From: an uncultured Gammaproteobacteria bacterium
Lineage (GTDB): Bacteria; Patescibacteriota; Microgenomatia; Levybacterales; UBA12049
Direction: 5' to 3'
Assembly (NCBI GenBank): GCA_964628435.1
Contig: CAZVON010000004.1
Location: forward strand, 1-62,402
Length of the DNA: 62,402 nt
This document shows positions 50,783 through 60,189 of the stretch, piece after piece (the stretch's first letter is position 1; each line of letters starts with the position of its first letter). Under the pieces are notes generated by a model. That model was not told the origin of the DNA, ran no database searches, and saw nothing but the letters and a program-made list of their open reading frames with translations. A program made the position numbers and the translations under genes.

Positions 50783-52103
50783 TCGACGTTATTATAGCAA
50801 AACTACTATCTAATATCGGATAAGCAACTAAGGAAATATAATATAATGCCACAGGAGCAATATGAATAAGGAGTCTTTCAATAGAACTTTCCGGATTATT
50901 TCCTACAGTAAAAAGATACATTGCCATGTATAAACTTAACTGAGAGATAATAACTACATGAAGTATAAAAGTCTCTTTTTTTATTTTTTTAAAGAAAAGA
51001 ATAAATGAATAGAAATAAAGAATCCAAAGTAAATTCCAGCTTTTTATATTAATAAGTTCTTTAAAAGTCCCCCAAAAAGCATTCACGGTCTTTTGGATAG
51101 ACATTTCAAATATATGTGAAGAAAAATAGGTATCTTTAGGATTATACGTTCTTTGAAATATATCCCAATCTATAATTGGCATTATCCAAAAAAGAAGAAT
51201 TGGCAGATGTTTGTAAAGTTTGTATTTATATATGTGATAGACTGCAAATAACCCAATAACAATTCCCATAGGTATTCCCTCATGCTTGATAAGCCCGGTT
51301 ATTCCTAGAAATATATTTAGAAGTATAAGAACTTTATTACTATTATCTTTCATGTACTGCAGTAATAAAATTACTGAGCAAAATGAATAATATCCAAGCG
51401 GAAGATCAGCAAGGCCTGCTTCCCATCTCCCGCCGTGCCGCACAAAATTTTGAGTTGTTACCTGCAAAAAAGTGAAAAGCAATGCATATCGCAGTCCATG
51501 TCTTTTTTTGAGAACTGAAAAAAGAAGCAGTGCGGTAAAGGCATAAAATGCAGTGGAAGTCAAAAGCACTGCTACATCATCTACCATACCAATCATCACA
51601 TACACAATTGTTCCCAGAAGATTTATTACCAGAGGATAATTTACCCTAATGTAACTCAGCACATCAGGATTTATTGTTCCATCCAAAAAAAATACTTTTG
51701 ATTTCAAAAGCCAGGTTACCCACGCGTCCCAAACCGAAACCGGCCGAATAAGAGCTTGAAACGTGGTATAACAAAATGCAAACAAAATGCCAAATAACAA
51801 GATCGTCTCAAATATTTGGAATCTTGGAATTTTTGGCATTCGAAAACCAATGGTGTCTTTATTCTTTAAAAAAAGTATTGCTGCCAAAATCAACCACGGA
51901 ACAAATAACAATGGTTTTTGCCAAGGAATATGTAGTCGAGCATATACATACATTTGCATAGTAACAAGTCCAATACCCAATCCATAAGAACACGCGATAG
52001 CCAATAAATTGTCTTTTTTCGAAAGCAATCCGAATCCACGAATTATTATATAGCCAACACCAGTAAGAAGAGCGATAGTAAATATTGCAATAATATTGTT
52101 CAT
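50760..52103 (-). CDS. Polytopic membrane protein, GT-C-like candidate lacking a soluble tail
   Basis: About 12 TM segments with the loop motif PVSVWDAWVTWLLKSKVFF. Confidence 0.5.
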   Translation of the reverse strand: MNNIIAIFTIALLTGVGYIIIRGFGLLSKKDNLLAIACSYGLGIGLVTMQMYVYARLHIPWQKPLLFVPWLILAAILFLKNKDTIGFRMPKIPRFQIFETILLFGILFAFCYTTFQALIRPVSVWDAWVTWLLKSKVFFLDGTINPDVLSYIRVNYPLVINLLGTIVYVMIGMVDDVAVLLTSTAFYAFTALLLFSVLKKRHGLRYALLFTFLQVTTQNFVRHGGRWEAGLADLPLGYYSFCSVILLLQYMKDNSNKVLILLNIFLGITGLIKHEGIPMGIVIGLFAVYHIYKYKLYKHLPILLFWIMPIIDWDIFQRTYNPKDTYFSSHIFEMSIQKTVNAFWGTFKELINIKSWNLLWILYFYSFILFFKKIKKETFILHVVIISQLSLYMAMYLFTVGNNPESSIERLLIHIAPVALYYISLVAYPILDSSFAIITSNGTKKYK

Positions 52104-52531
52104 TTCAGTTTGTATAACACACCATAATGTGGATGTATTTGTGACGAAAATGAAGCAATCATTTCATAGCTTTCTGATGAGATTGGTAAATCGTATGAAG
52201 CCACATATGTATATCTTTTAATATATATAAGCCGTTGAAATTCTTTTTCGTCTTTTGTGCTGGCAATTATTCGAGGATATAAATAATAAAGACTTAAGAA
52301 ATACGTTTTCCCATCTTGTGAAAAAATGAGGATGTTATCCCCTTTCTCTGTATATCTTTTAATAAATGTAAAAAAATCATGCATGTCTCCAAAAATTTTG
52401 TGTCTTTTCTGATCATCCGATAGACCTACCCACTCCTGTATTTCTGAAATAGTTTTATACATATTGAAGAAGATATTAAAAAATCCTAAAAAAATCATAC
52501 TTATAAGCAAAAACTTAAAAATTGTTTTCAT
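52100..52531 (-). CDS. Single-TM-anchored soluble protein resembling the C-terminal modules of the neighbouring GT-C-like proteins
   Basis: TM segment FKFLLISMIFLGFFNIFF, then ...RYTYVASYDLP...HYGVLYKLK. Compare the tails ...DLVHVYKHK (519 aa) and ...DDYIYKIL (574 aa). Confidence 0.5.
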   Translation of the reverse strand: MKTIFKFLLISMIFLGFFNIFFNMYKTISEIQEWVGLSDDQKRHKIFGDMHDFFTFIKRYTEKGDNILIFSQDGKTYFLSLYYLYPRIIASTKDEKEFQRLIYIKRYTYVASYDLPISSESYEMIASFSSQIHPHYGVLYKLK

Positions 52532-52615
52532 AAAATTTTTGATGTAATTATTCTTATAACAAATCTGTCCGTAACTGTAAAGCTAAATTAAACCCTGCTA
52601 TAATAGCACCTTGTT

Positions 52616-53572
52616 ATGAAAAGCATTGTTGTTACAGGTGGCGCAGGTTTTATTGGTTCACACCTCTGTGAGTCTTTGATTAAAAAGGGACATGTAGTTA
52701 TCTGCATAGATAATCTCACGACAGGAAGAAAAGAGAATCTAGGTCCTCTTTCATCCAACAGAAATTTTATCTATATTCCTGAGGATATTTGTTCCCTTAA
52801 AATTTTAACGCGCTTGAAAAAAAATAAAATTGACCAAATCTATCATCTTGCATCTCCTGCATCTGTTGAATATATAACAAAATATCCAGTAGAAGCAGCG
52901 CTAGCCAATAGCCTTGGGACCAAAAATATGTTGGAATTAGCACGTTTAAAAAAAGCACAATTTCTTTTCGCATCTAGTTCTGAAGTATATGGCAATCCAG
53001 AAAAACACCCACAAAAAGAAGACTATGTAGGACAGGTAAGCCCTATAGGCGTTCGATCAGGTTATGATGAAGGGAAAAGATTTGGAGAAGCGCTCTGTAT
53101 GGCATATAACAGAGAATTTGGAGTAAACACAAAAATAGCCCGAATATTCAACACCTATGGTCCTCATTCGAGTCTTCAAGATTCAAGAGTTATACCAACT
53201 TTTATAAGAAAAGCGTTAAGAAACGAAGATATTCCTGTTCATGTAGATGGATTACAAACTCGATCATTTTGTTACGTGAGTGATACCGTTTTAGGACTTA
53301 CAAAGGTAATGAGGTCTTCAGATCCAACGCCATTTAATATCGGAAACCCTGATGAATATCAGATAAAAGATGTTGCAGTAAAGATTGTAAATTTAACTGG
53401 TTCAAAATCAAAAATCAAATTTACCAAAAGACCACAGGATGATCCTGCAAGAAGAAAACCGAATATCTCCAAAGCTCAACAAAAATTATTTTGGTCTCCA
53501 GCTATTCCTTTCAATACAGGTCTTATTCAGACAATCAAATATTTTAAAGAACTTCTGCCTAAAAACAGATGA
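52616..53572 (+). CDS. SDR-family UDP-glucuronate (or UDP-GlcNAcA) decarboxylase, UXS-like
   Basis: VTGGAGFIGSHLC, SSSEVYGNPEKHPQKEDY and the catalytic YDEGKRFGEALCMAY. 318 aa. Confidence 0.8.
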   Translation: MKSIVVTGGAGFIGSHLCESLIKKGHVVICIDNLTTGRKENLGPLSSNRNFIYIPEDICSLKILTRLKKNKIDQIYHLASPASVEYITKYPVEAALANSLGTKNMLELARLKKAQFLFASSSEVYGNPEKHPQKEDYVGQVSPIGVRSGYDEGKRFGEALCMAYNREFGVNTKIARIFNTYGPHSSLQDSRVIPTFIRKALRNEDIPVHVDGLQTRSFCYVSDTVLGLTKVMRSSDPTPFNIGNPDEYQIKDVAVKIVNLTGSKSKIKFTKRPQDDPARRKPNISKAQQKLFWSPAIPFNTGLIQTIKYFKELLPKNR

Positions 53573-54837
53573 ATAATCATACGCATCTTCTAAGAAAAAT
53601 ACAGCAAAAGAAAGCTAAAATTGCAATTATTGGTCTTGGGTATGTGGGTCTTCCATTAGCAATATTATTCGTACGAAAAGAATTTTCGGTTTTTGGATAT
53701 AGTAGAACTGAAGAAAAAGTAAAACTACTCACCGCTGGAACTAGTGGTCTAATTGGCTTTGATAACGAATTAAAAAGGGTTATTCGTTTGAAAAAATTCT
53801 CTGTTGATATTATTACAAGCAAAAAATTACAAGACAATGATATCTTTATTGTTTGTGTTCCAACCCCAATTACCAAAGAAAAAAAGCCTGATTTATCAAG
53901 CCTTAAAAATGTCGCAAAACAATTATCTAAAATTAATCTTGAAAATAAGCTCATTATAAATGAATCAACCGTTGCTCCTTTCACAACAAAAAATATTTTT
54001 GGTACCTTGAAAGGTAATTATTTTCTTGCATGTTCCCCTGAAAGAATTGACCCAGGTAGTAATAAATCCGTTGAGAATATTACAAAGGTTATTGGAGGTA
54101 GAGACTCTAAAAGCCTAGAACTAGGACTCGCTTTATATTTACATGTGTTAAAAAAAGATCTTATCGCAGTTAAAAGTATGGAAATTGCTGAGATGTCAAA
54201 AATGCTTGAAAATGCATATCGTGCAGTAAATATTGGCTTAGTCAATGAGTTTGCGAGACTCGCAGATGCAATAAATATAGATATACTCGATGTTATAAGT
54301 GTTGCGAAAACTAAATGGAATTTTTATCCACATTATCCAGGGATTGGGGTGGGTGGACATTGTATACCTGTCGATCCTTATTATGTACTTACGCTTGCAA
54401 GCAAGAAAGGAATTGATATGAAAATTGTTAAAACTGGACTAAAAGAGAATGAATATATGCCAAAATACGTGGCCGAAAAGGTTTTGAAAAACTACAAAAA
54501 AGGGATGCATGTTCTTGTATATGGCCTGACCTACAAAAAAAATGTTTCAGATCTTCGAGAAAGCCCAGTGATCGATTTTTGTCGAATTTTAAAACAAAAA
54601 AATGTCAACTTCACTGTGTTTGATCCTTTACTTTCTAAAAAGGACATACAGCGGTTAGGATTTAATCTGGGAAAACTTGAGGCAGTAGATATTTTTATAG
54701 TCGGAACAGATCATAAGAATTTAACAAGTGACTCAAAACTAGCAATAAAAAACAATACTATAATTATTGATGGAAGGAATTTTTTTAATGACCGCGTTGG
54801 AAAAAAAGTTTTGGGAGTGGGAAGATTAGTGAAATAA
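53569..54837 (+). CDS. Nucleotide-sugar 6-dehydrogenase (WecC/TviB/WbpA-like clade by active-site motif)
   Basis: Rossmann motif IAIIGLGYVGLPLA and catalytic-Cys motif GIGVGGHCIPVDP. ATGA overlap with the decarboxylase gene. Confidence 0.8.
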   Translation: MNNHTHLLRKIQQKKAKIAIIGLGYVGLPLAILFVRKEFSVFGYSRTEEKVKLLTAGTSGLIGFDNELKRVIRLKKFSVDIITSKKLQDNDIFIVCVPTPITKEKKPDLSSLKNVAKQLSKINLENKLIINESTVAPFTTKNIFGTLKGNYFLACSPERIDPGSNKSVENITKVIGGRDSKSLELGLALYLHVLKKDLIAVKSMEIAEMSKMLENAYRAVNIGLVNEFARLADAINIDILDVISVAKTKWNFYPHYPGIGVGGHCIPVDPYYVLTLASKKGIDMKIVKTGLKENEYMPKYVAEKVLKNYKKGMHVLVYGLTYKKNVSDLRESPVIDFCRILKQKNVNFTVFDPLLSKKDIQRLGFNLGKLEAVDIFIVGTDHKNLTSDSKLAIKNNTIIIDGRNFFNDRVGKKVLGVGRLVK

Positions 54838-54848
54838 TAAGTTTTTAT

Positions 54849-55574
54849 ATGCAAAGAAAAAAACAATTAGTAAAACTATCTATTATCATTCCTGTGTATA
54901 ACGAAGAGCAAACAGTTGTTGAACTTTTTAAAAAAGTACAACGAGTTAAACTACAAAACATTGAAAAAGAAATAATAATTGTCGATGACGGTTCAACAGA
55001 CAACAGCAGGTATCTTATTGAAGACTTAAAAAATCGTTATAAAAACGTAAAAGTATTTTTTTCAGAAATAAATTTAGGAAAAGGTGGGGCAATTCGTTAC
55101 GGACTATCAAAAACAACTGGCGATATTATTTTAATACAAGATGCTGACTTGGAATTGGAACCGGAAGAATATCACAAACTTATTGCTCCGATATTGTATC
55201 GAAACGCAAAGGTTGTTTACGGGTCAAGATTTTTAAAAAGAAATCAAAATATTCCGTTTAAAACAGTCTTTGCAAATAAATTTCTAACCTTTCTTACCAA
55301 TCTTTTATACGGGAGCCGTTTAACAGATATGGAAACAGCCTATAAAGTTTTTACCTCAGATATTATTAAATCTATTCGTCTTCGATGTGTTGAATTTGAT
55401 TTTGAACCAGAAGTAACTGCTAAAATTCTTCAGTTAGGATACAAAATACACGAAGTATCTATTCGATATTCTCCCAGAAGGGCACAGGAAGGAAAAAAAA
55501 TAACTTTTTATGATGGAATAGAAGCAATATCTCAACTGGTTAAGAACCGACTATTTCCAAGACCACTTCGTTAG
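54849..55574 (+). CDS. GT2, polyprenyl-phosphate glycosyltransferase (ArnC/DPM1-like)
   Basis: LSIIIPVYNEEQTV, IIIVDDGSTDNS, NLGKGGAIRYG and IQDADLELEP. Confidence 0.8.
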   Translation: MQRKKQLVKLSIIIPVYNEEQTVVELFKKVQRVKLQNIEKEIIIVDDGSTDNSRYLIEDLKNRYKNVKVFFSEINLGKGGAIRYGLSKTTGDIILIQDADLELEPEEYHKLIAPILYRNAKVVYGSRFLKRNQNIPFKTVFANKFLTFLTNLLYGSRLTDMETAYKVFTSDIIKSIRLRCVEFDFEPEVTAKILQLGYKIHEVSIRYSPRRAQEGKKITFYDGIEAISQLVKNRLFPRPLR

Positions 55575-55870
55575 CTTTTATGGTTTTTGTAGGTAAATAG
55601 TGAATATATAATTAATGCCAGAGGAATATGGAGCAAAATAAAAAGGAAATTAATCGCTTCAGATGATCCTGGATAATACCATTTTTCGAATTTAAAATTT
55701 TCAGGATACAAAAAGCTTCCATCTAAAATTGATTGTGAAATTGGAATATGATAGTCCCAACTATCTCCAAAAGTGGAATAGGATACAGAAATCCTATATA
55801 TACATAATAAACGAAATAATACGATGCGATCAGTATACCAATAACAACAAACCTCCTTATAGATCTTATT
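55571..55870 (-). pseudogene. Relic of the N-terminus of a GT-C-like membrane protein (no start codon, internal frameshift, premature end)
   Basis: The minus strand reads RRFVVIGILIASYYFVYYVYIGFLYP.., then in another frame ..STFGDSWDYHIPISQSILDGSFLYPENFKFEKWYYPGSSEAINFLFILLHIP..*. This parallels GFDALWYHLTLPKLY...YYSVMPQLTEMLYIPF of the 536-aa protein. Confidence 0.4.
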
Positions 55871-55906
55871 TACATTTGAATCTTAAGTATATATTATATC
55901 TCCAAT

Positions 55907-56749
55907 ATGCTTGATCCGTACAGGATGGTTTTCATAAACAGCATTGCGTTACTTTTTCTCCTATGTTCTTTAATAATCTCTATATATATTTCCCCAAAGA
56001 AAAAAGTTAATCTCTTATACCTTCTTTTGGCATTATCGCTTCTTCCTCTTATTAGTTTACTCAGAGCTGGAACCTATGAGAGCGGCGACTTGTCGATTAA
56101 CGTCTATAAATCAATTTCATTTTATAAAAATCTAACTGAAGGAAATATTCTCCCACAGTGGGGAGATTTGCTAAATGCTGGATTTGGATATCCGGTATTT
56201 ATTTTTATATATCCTCTTCCCTATTACATAATTTCTTTTTTTCATTTTTTAGGATTTTCCTTCATATCAAGTGTAAAACTTCTCATAGCAGGTTCTTTTA
56301 TATGCTCAGGTATAGCAATGTATGCATGGACAAAAGAAGACGTAGGAAAAATTCCTGCCTTTGTTTCCTCGATTTTTTATCTGTACGCTCCGTATCATCT
56401 AGTTGATACTCATTTTAGAATTAGCATTGGAGAGATTATTTCATTTGCGTTGTTACCATTTCTTCTCTTTTGCACCAAAAAGTTATTAACTCATAACGGC
56501 TTAATCTGGCTTGCTATAACCTCAGTCGGTTTTTCCTTATTTATATTATCTAACCAAGCTATAGCTCTTGCTGGGTCCCCTTTTATTCTTTTATATTCCT
56601 ATTTTACGTGGAGACAAGATAAAAAAAGAAAAATACTACAAATTCGAAACGTTTTTCTCGCTTTTGGTTTTGGTTTATTACTGTCTGCATTTTATTGGCT
56701 TCCTGCTGTTGCTGAATCTTCTTACACACATCAATCACGCTATGTTTAA
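55907..56749 (+). CDS. GT-C-like polytopic membrane protein, first part (280 aa), ended by an in-frame TAA at 56747-56749
   Basis: TM-rich, with the loop motif ILPQWGDLLNAGFGYPVFIFIYPLPYY. Ends ...WLPAVAESSYTHQSRYV*. Confidence 0.7.
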   Translation: MLDPYRMVFINSIALLFLLCSLIISIYISPKKKVNLLYLLLALSLLPLISLLRAGTYESGDLSINVYKSISFYKNLTEGNILPQWGDLLNAGFGYPVFIFIYPLPYYIISFFHFLGFSFISSVKLLIAGSFICSGIAMYAWTKEDVGKIPAFVSSIFYLYAPYHLVDTHFRISIGEIISFALLPFLLFCTKKLLTHNGLIWLAITSVGFSLFILSNQAIALAGSPFILLYSYFTWRQDKKRKILQIRNVFLAFGFGLLLSAFYWLPAVAESSYTHQSRYV

Positions 56750-57652
56750 ACAATTGGCTTTGTAGAGCTCAAACAACTTCTATACTCCCCATGGGGATAT
56801 GGGCTGTTGTTTCAAGGAAATAAAGGAGAATTGTCTTTTATTATTGGATATATTCAGCTTTTTATTATTGTCTTATGCATATGGTTTCTTACTAAAAAAG
56901 TCTTCACTAGATCTGAGAAAAGTAAAATTATATTTTTTTTATTTTCATTTTTTGTAGCTTGTTTTCTCATGCTTCCACAGTCAAAATTTATGTGGGACAC
57001 CTTTACAATTCTACGTAATTTTCAATTCACCTATCGACTTCTCCTGTTTGTTGCTCTTTTTACTAGTTTTCTTGCAGGAGTACTGTCCAACAAGCTTGAT
57101 AAAAAAATAATAATACTCTTGTGTTTTTTTGCAATTTTTCAAACAATTTTAAATTGGGGAAACAGAAGGACAATACCAACAATTACTGATGAGGTACTCA
57201 CAAAACAACTCACGGTAGCAAATGTAGGAGAAGGGTTTCAACCAGCTGCTCCCAAATGGGTGAATCCAAAAAATCCTTGGCAAGAAAAAAATCCTATAGA
57301 AAGTATTGAAATACTAAAGGGAGAAGCTGAGATTAATGAAAAACAAAGAACCTCCACGCAACATCAATACAGAATTAACGTAAAAAAAGATACAATACTG
57401 AAAGAAAATACTCTTTACTTTCCTGGTTGGAATTTATATGTCAATAACAAAATCCACCCAGTGCATTATACGGATAAAAATTATCCAGGAATTATTCTTT
57501 TCTCTCTTCCAAAAGGAGAGTATACCGTTAATCTTATATTCACAAGCACCAAGACACGAACTATCGCACAATCTATAAGTATTATTACCGGAATAAATAT
57601 GATCTTTGTCCTTGGAGTAAAAGTTTTTAGAAGACTTATAAAAGAACCCTAA
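56750..57652 (+). CDS. Continuation of the same GT-C-like protein, in the same frame after the internal TAA (no ATG; the track start at 56807 is a TTG)
   Basis: The frame is open from 56750: [30 protein letters not shown].... More TM segments follow, then a soluble tail. 55907 and 56807 share a frame. Confidence 0.65.
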   Translation, partial: TIGFVELKQLLYSPWGYGLLFQGNKGELSFIIGYIQLFIIVLCIWFLTKKVFTRSEKSKIIFFLFSFFVACFLMLPQSKFMWDTFTILRNFQFTYRLLLFVALFTSFLAGVLSNKLDKKIIILLCFFAIFQTILNWGNRRTIPTITDEVLTKQLTVANVGEGFQPAAPKWVNPKNPWQEKNPIESIEILKGEAEINEKQRTSTQHQYRINVKKDTILKENTLYFPGWNLYVNNKIHPVHYTDKNYPGIILFSLPKGEYTVNLIFTSTKTRTIAQSISIITGINMIFVLGVKVFRRLIKEP

Positions 57653-58782
57653 TTTCTTTGTCTTAAAAATGCGGGGATGTCCCAAATGTCTTCTTTCTCT
57701 TCTTGTGGAGCATCGGTTGAAGATTGCTGAGGTGGTTGCGAGTTTTGAGCCTGAGATTGAAAAGTCTGTTGTGGGGCAGAAGGAATATAACTCTTCTCAG
57801 AAACTACAAACTCTTTAAGCCGCTGTTTTGTTTGATCAAAACCTGTTGCAATAACCGTAATTTTGAGTTGATCATGCATGCTTTCATCGATTGTCGCCCC
57901 AAAAATAATATTGGCATCCGGATCTGCAGCTTGAGAGATAATCTTCGCTGCCTCATCTACTTCGGACATGGTTAAATCTGGACCGCCAATAATGTTAAAT
58001 AATACTCCCCGAGCACCATCCATGGAGATTTCCAAAAGAGGCGACGCAATAGCGCTTCGCGCGGCGGTCTGAGCTCTGTTTTCGCCTACTCCTGTTCCAA
58101 TACCCATGAGAGCTGACCCGGCGTTACTCATAATGGTTCTAACATCGGCAAAGTCAACATTGATAAGTCCAGGCATGGTAATAAGATCAGAAATGCCCTG
58201 AACTCCTTGTGATAACACAGAATCAGCAATTCTAAACGCTTCAAGAAGAGAAATTTTTCTATCAACCACGTCAAGAATTCGCTGATTAGGAATAACAATA
58301 AGGGTATCAACTTTGTCCTTTAAATTTTCAATGCCATCTTCTGCAGCAACCATCCGCCGTGTGCCTTCGAAGGTAAATGGTTTTGTGACCACTGCAATAG
58401 TTAACGCTCCAATTTCTTTGGCAATTCTAGCAATAACTGGGGTTGCGCCGGTTCCGGTTCCCCCTCCCATACCGCACGCAAGAAAAACCATGTCAGACCC
58501 TTCTAACATATCTTTAATTTTTTCAGCAGACTCTTCTGATGCTTGCTTCCCAATTTCTGGATCTCCACCAGATCCAAGTCCTTTGGTAAGGTTTTCTCCG
58601 ATTTGGACTTTTGTTGAAGATGGATTTAACAACAATGCCTGCGCGTCAGTATTGATAACCACAAAATCAACTCCTTGTATTTGACTTTGAGAAATCATTG
58701 AGGCAATAGCGTTACTTCCACCACCGCCAACTCCAATAACACGAATTTTTGCGAAGTTTGTTGTTTGGGGCTTTATTAACAT
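57649..58782 (-). CDS. ftsZ: Cell division GTPase FtsZ
   Basis: [17 protein letters not shown] and the tubulin signature [13 protein letters not shown]-terminal DIPAFLRQ peptide. Confidence 0.97.
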   Translation of the reverse strand: MLIKPQTTNFAKIRVIGVGGGGSNAIASMISQSQIQGVDFVVINTDAQALLLNPSSTKVQIGENLTKGLGSGGDPEIGKQASEESAEKIKDMLEGSDMVFLACGMGGGTGTGATPVIARIAKEIGALTIAVVTKPFTFEGTRRMVAAEDGIENLKDKVDTLIVIPNQRILDVVDRKISLLEAFRIADSVLSQGVQGISDLITMPGLINVDFADVRTIMSNAGSALMGIGTGVGENRAQTAARSAIASPLLEISMDGARGVLFNIIGGPDLTMSEVDEAAKIISQAADPDANIIFGATIDESMHDQLKITVIATGFDQTKQRLKEFVVSEKSYIPSAPQQTFQSQAQNSQPPQQSSTDAPQEEKEDIWDIPAFLRQRN

Positions 58783-58794
58783 TCTACTTTGAGC

Positions 58795-58823
58795 ATCCTA
58801 ACAAATTAACTCTGTTTTTTCAA
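58795..58823 (-). promoter_or_regulatory. Possible internal promoter for ftsZ (TTGAAA-17 nt-TAGGAT)
   Basis: On the minus strand: -35 at 58823-58818, a 17-nt spacer, -10 at 58800-58795, 12 nt before the ATG. Pattern only. Confidence 0.3.
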
Positions 58824-58856
58824 GTAGCATTCTGCGTGGTGTTACAAACTTAATAC

Positions 58857-60188
58857 TTAGGGGATAAAAGACTTAACAATATCTATTAATTTTTTAAGCA
58901 CCTTTGAAGATGGAATAAAATTGATCCGTGGTAGCGAAACCCCAAAGGGCAGAGAACTAGTAATTTCGATTCGAGATCCGTATTTTGCTACTCCAACAAC
59001 TGTCGCAAATGGCGCATCTTGGACTTCGTCGATAATCCCTTTTAATTCCATCGGTATCCCAACTCGCACCGGCATCGCAAGCATTCTTTTTGCGCTTTCT
59101 GTTACACCAATAGTACGGGCTCCTCCTCCGGTTACTACTAAACCTGACGGTGTCTGCCCACCATATCCACTCTTTTTAATTTCGATTCCAATCATGGTAA
59201 ATATTTCGTTGAGTCGTGGCCGAATAATCCCCTCTATTAAGGTTTTTCTTGATACTTTCCGAAGCTCTTCTGGTAATTGTAACTGAGATATGTCAATTTC
59301 ATCGGCGCGCGGAAATGATTGTTGTTCTTTTTGCTTACTTCCACTAATCTCTCGCATTAAATCTTCGTCATTTAAATCTGCGGGTCGTATAGTTCGTCGA
59401 TCGCTTCTTTGGGATAAAAAGAGTTTAATTTTTTCTGCGCTCTCTAGGGAAATCCTAAGCCCAATAGCTAAATCATTTGTAATATGCCGCGCTCCAATTG
59501 CAAGAACTGCAGAATACGCAATTGATCCTTCAACATATATACAAATATCAGTGGTCCCAGAACCAATATCGACTAATATTACGCCTAGTTCTTTTTCTGT
59601 ATCCGACAATACCGATAAACTGCTGGCGTACCCATTAAATACAATACCATCAACATCAACTCCTACTCCAGTGAGTGCTTTTTCCAAGTTTCTTAAAGAC
59701 GTTGCGTTTGCGGTAATAATATGGGTGTCTACTTCTAACCGAACCCCAGTCATTCCAATGGGATCTTTGATGCCTTCTTGTCCATCAACGGTATAATTAC
59801 GTGGCAACACGTGCATGATTTCCCGAGACGAAGGAAGCGATATCGCTTTAGCCGCATCAATAACCCGGGTTAAATCATTTTGATTGATCTCTCCATCTGG
59901 GGATGATACTGCGACAACCCCCTTTGAGTTCATACTCTCAATATGACTCCCGCTTAACGAAACCACTACATGAGAAACAGAATACCCAGCCATTCGTTCA
60001 GCAGCTTCAAGTGAATGATTAATTGCTGATACGGCTTCTTCTATGTCAACAATCTGTCCTTTCCTAATTCCCGTTGCTTTTACTTCTGAAACACCCAAAA
60101 CATTAATAAACTCATCAATTTTGGTAATTATGGTAACAATCTTGGAGGTTCCAATATCAACAGCTACAACAATCTTTCCTTCATTCAT
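58857..60188 (-). CDS. ftsA: Cell division protein FtsA (actin-like ATPase)
   Basis: VAVDIGTSKI, VDIGSGTTDI and VVTGGGA. Position upstream of ftsZ. Confidence 0.93.
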   Translation of the reverse strand: MNEGKIVVAVDIGTSKIVTIITKIDEFINVLGVSEVKATGIRKGQIVDIEEAVSAINHSLEAAERMAGYSVSHVVVSLSGSHIESMNSKGVVAVSSPDGEINQNDLTRVIDAAKAISLPSSREIMHVLPRNYTVDGQEGIKDPIGMTGVRLEVDTHIITANATSLRNLEKALTGVGVDVDGIVFNGYASSLSVLSDTEKELGVILVDIGSGTTDICIYVEGSIAYSAVLAIGARHITNDLAIGLRISLESAEKIKLFLSQRSDRRTIRPADLNDEDLMREISGSKQKEQQSFPRADEIDISQLQLPEELRKVSRKTLIEGIIRPRLNEIFTMIGIEIKKSGYGGQTPSGLVVTGGGARTIGVTESAKRMLAMPVRVGIPMELKGIIDEVQDAPFATVVGVAKYGSRIEITSSLPFGVSLPRINFIPSSKVLKKLIDIVKSFIP

Positions 60189-60189
60189 A

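Noticed and set aside
52576-52604. Promoter call for the UXS-led operon (TATAAT at 52599-52604)
   Set aside because: The -10 hexamer is perfect, but the best -35 candidate (TGTAAA at 17-nt spacing) is weak, and TATAAT-like hexamers are frequent in AT-rich DNA. This is too uncertain to list as a feature.
55729-55914. 61-aa plus-strand ORF in the gap before the GT-C gene
   Set aside because: It has no motifs. The region is better explained as the antisense of a decayed GT-C N-terminal relic.
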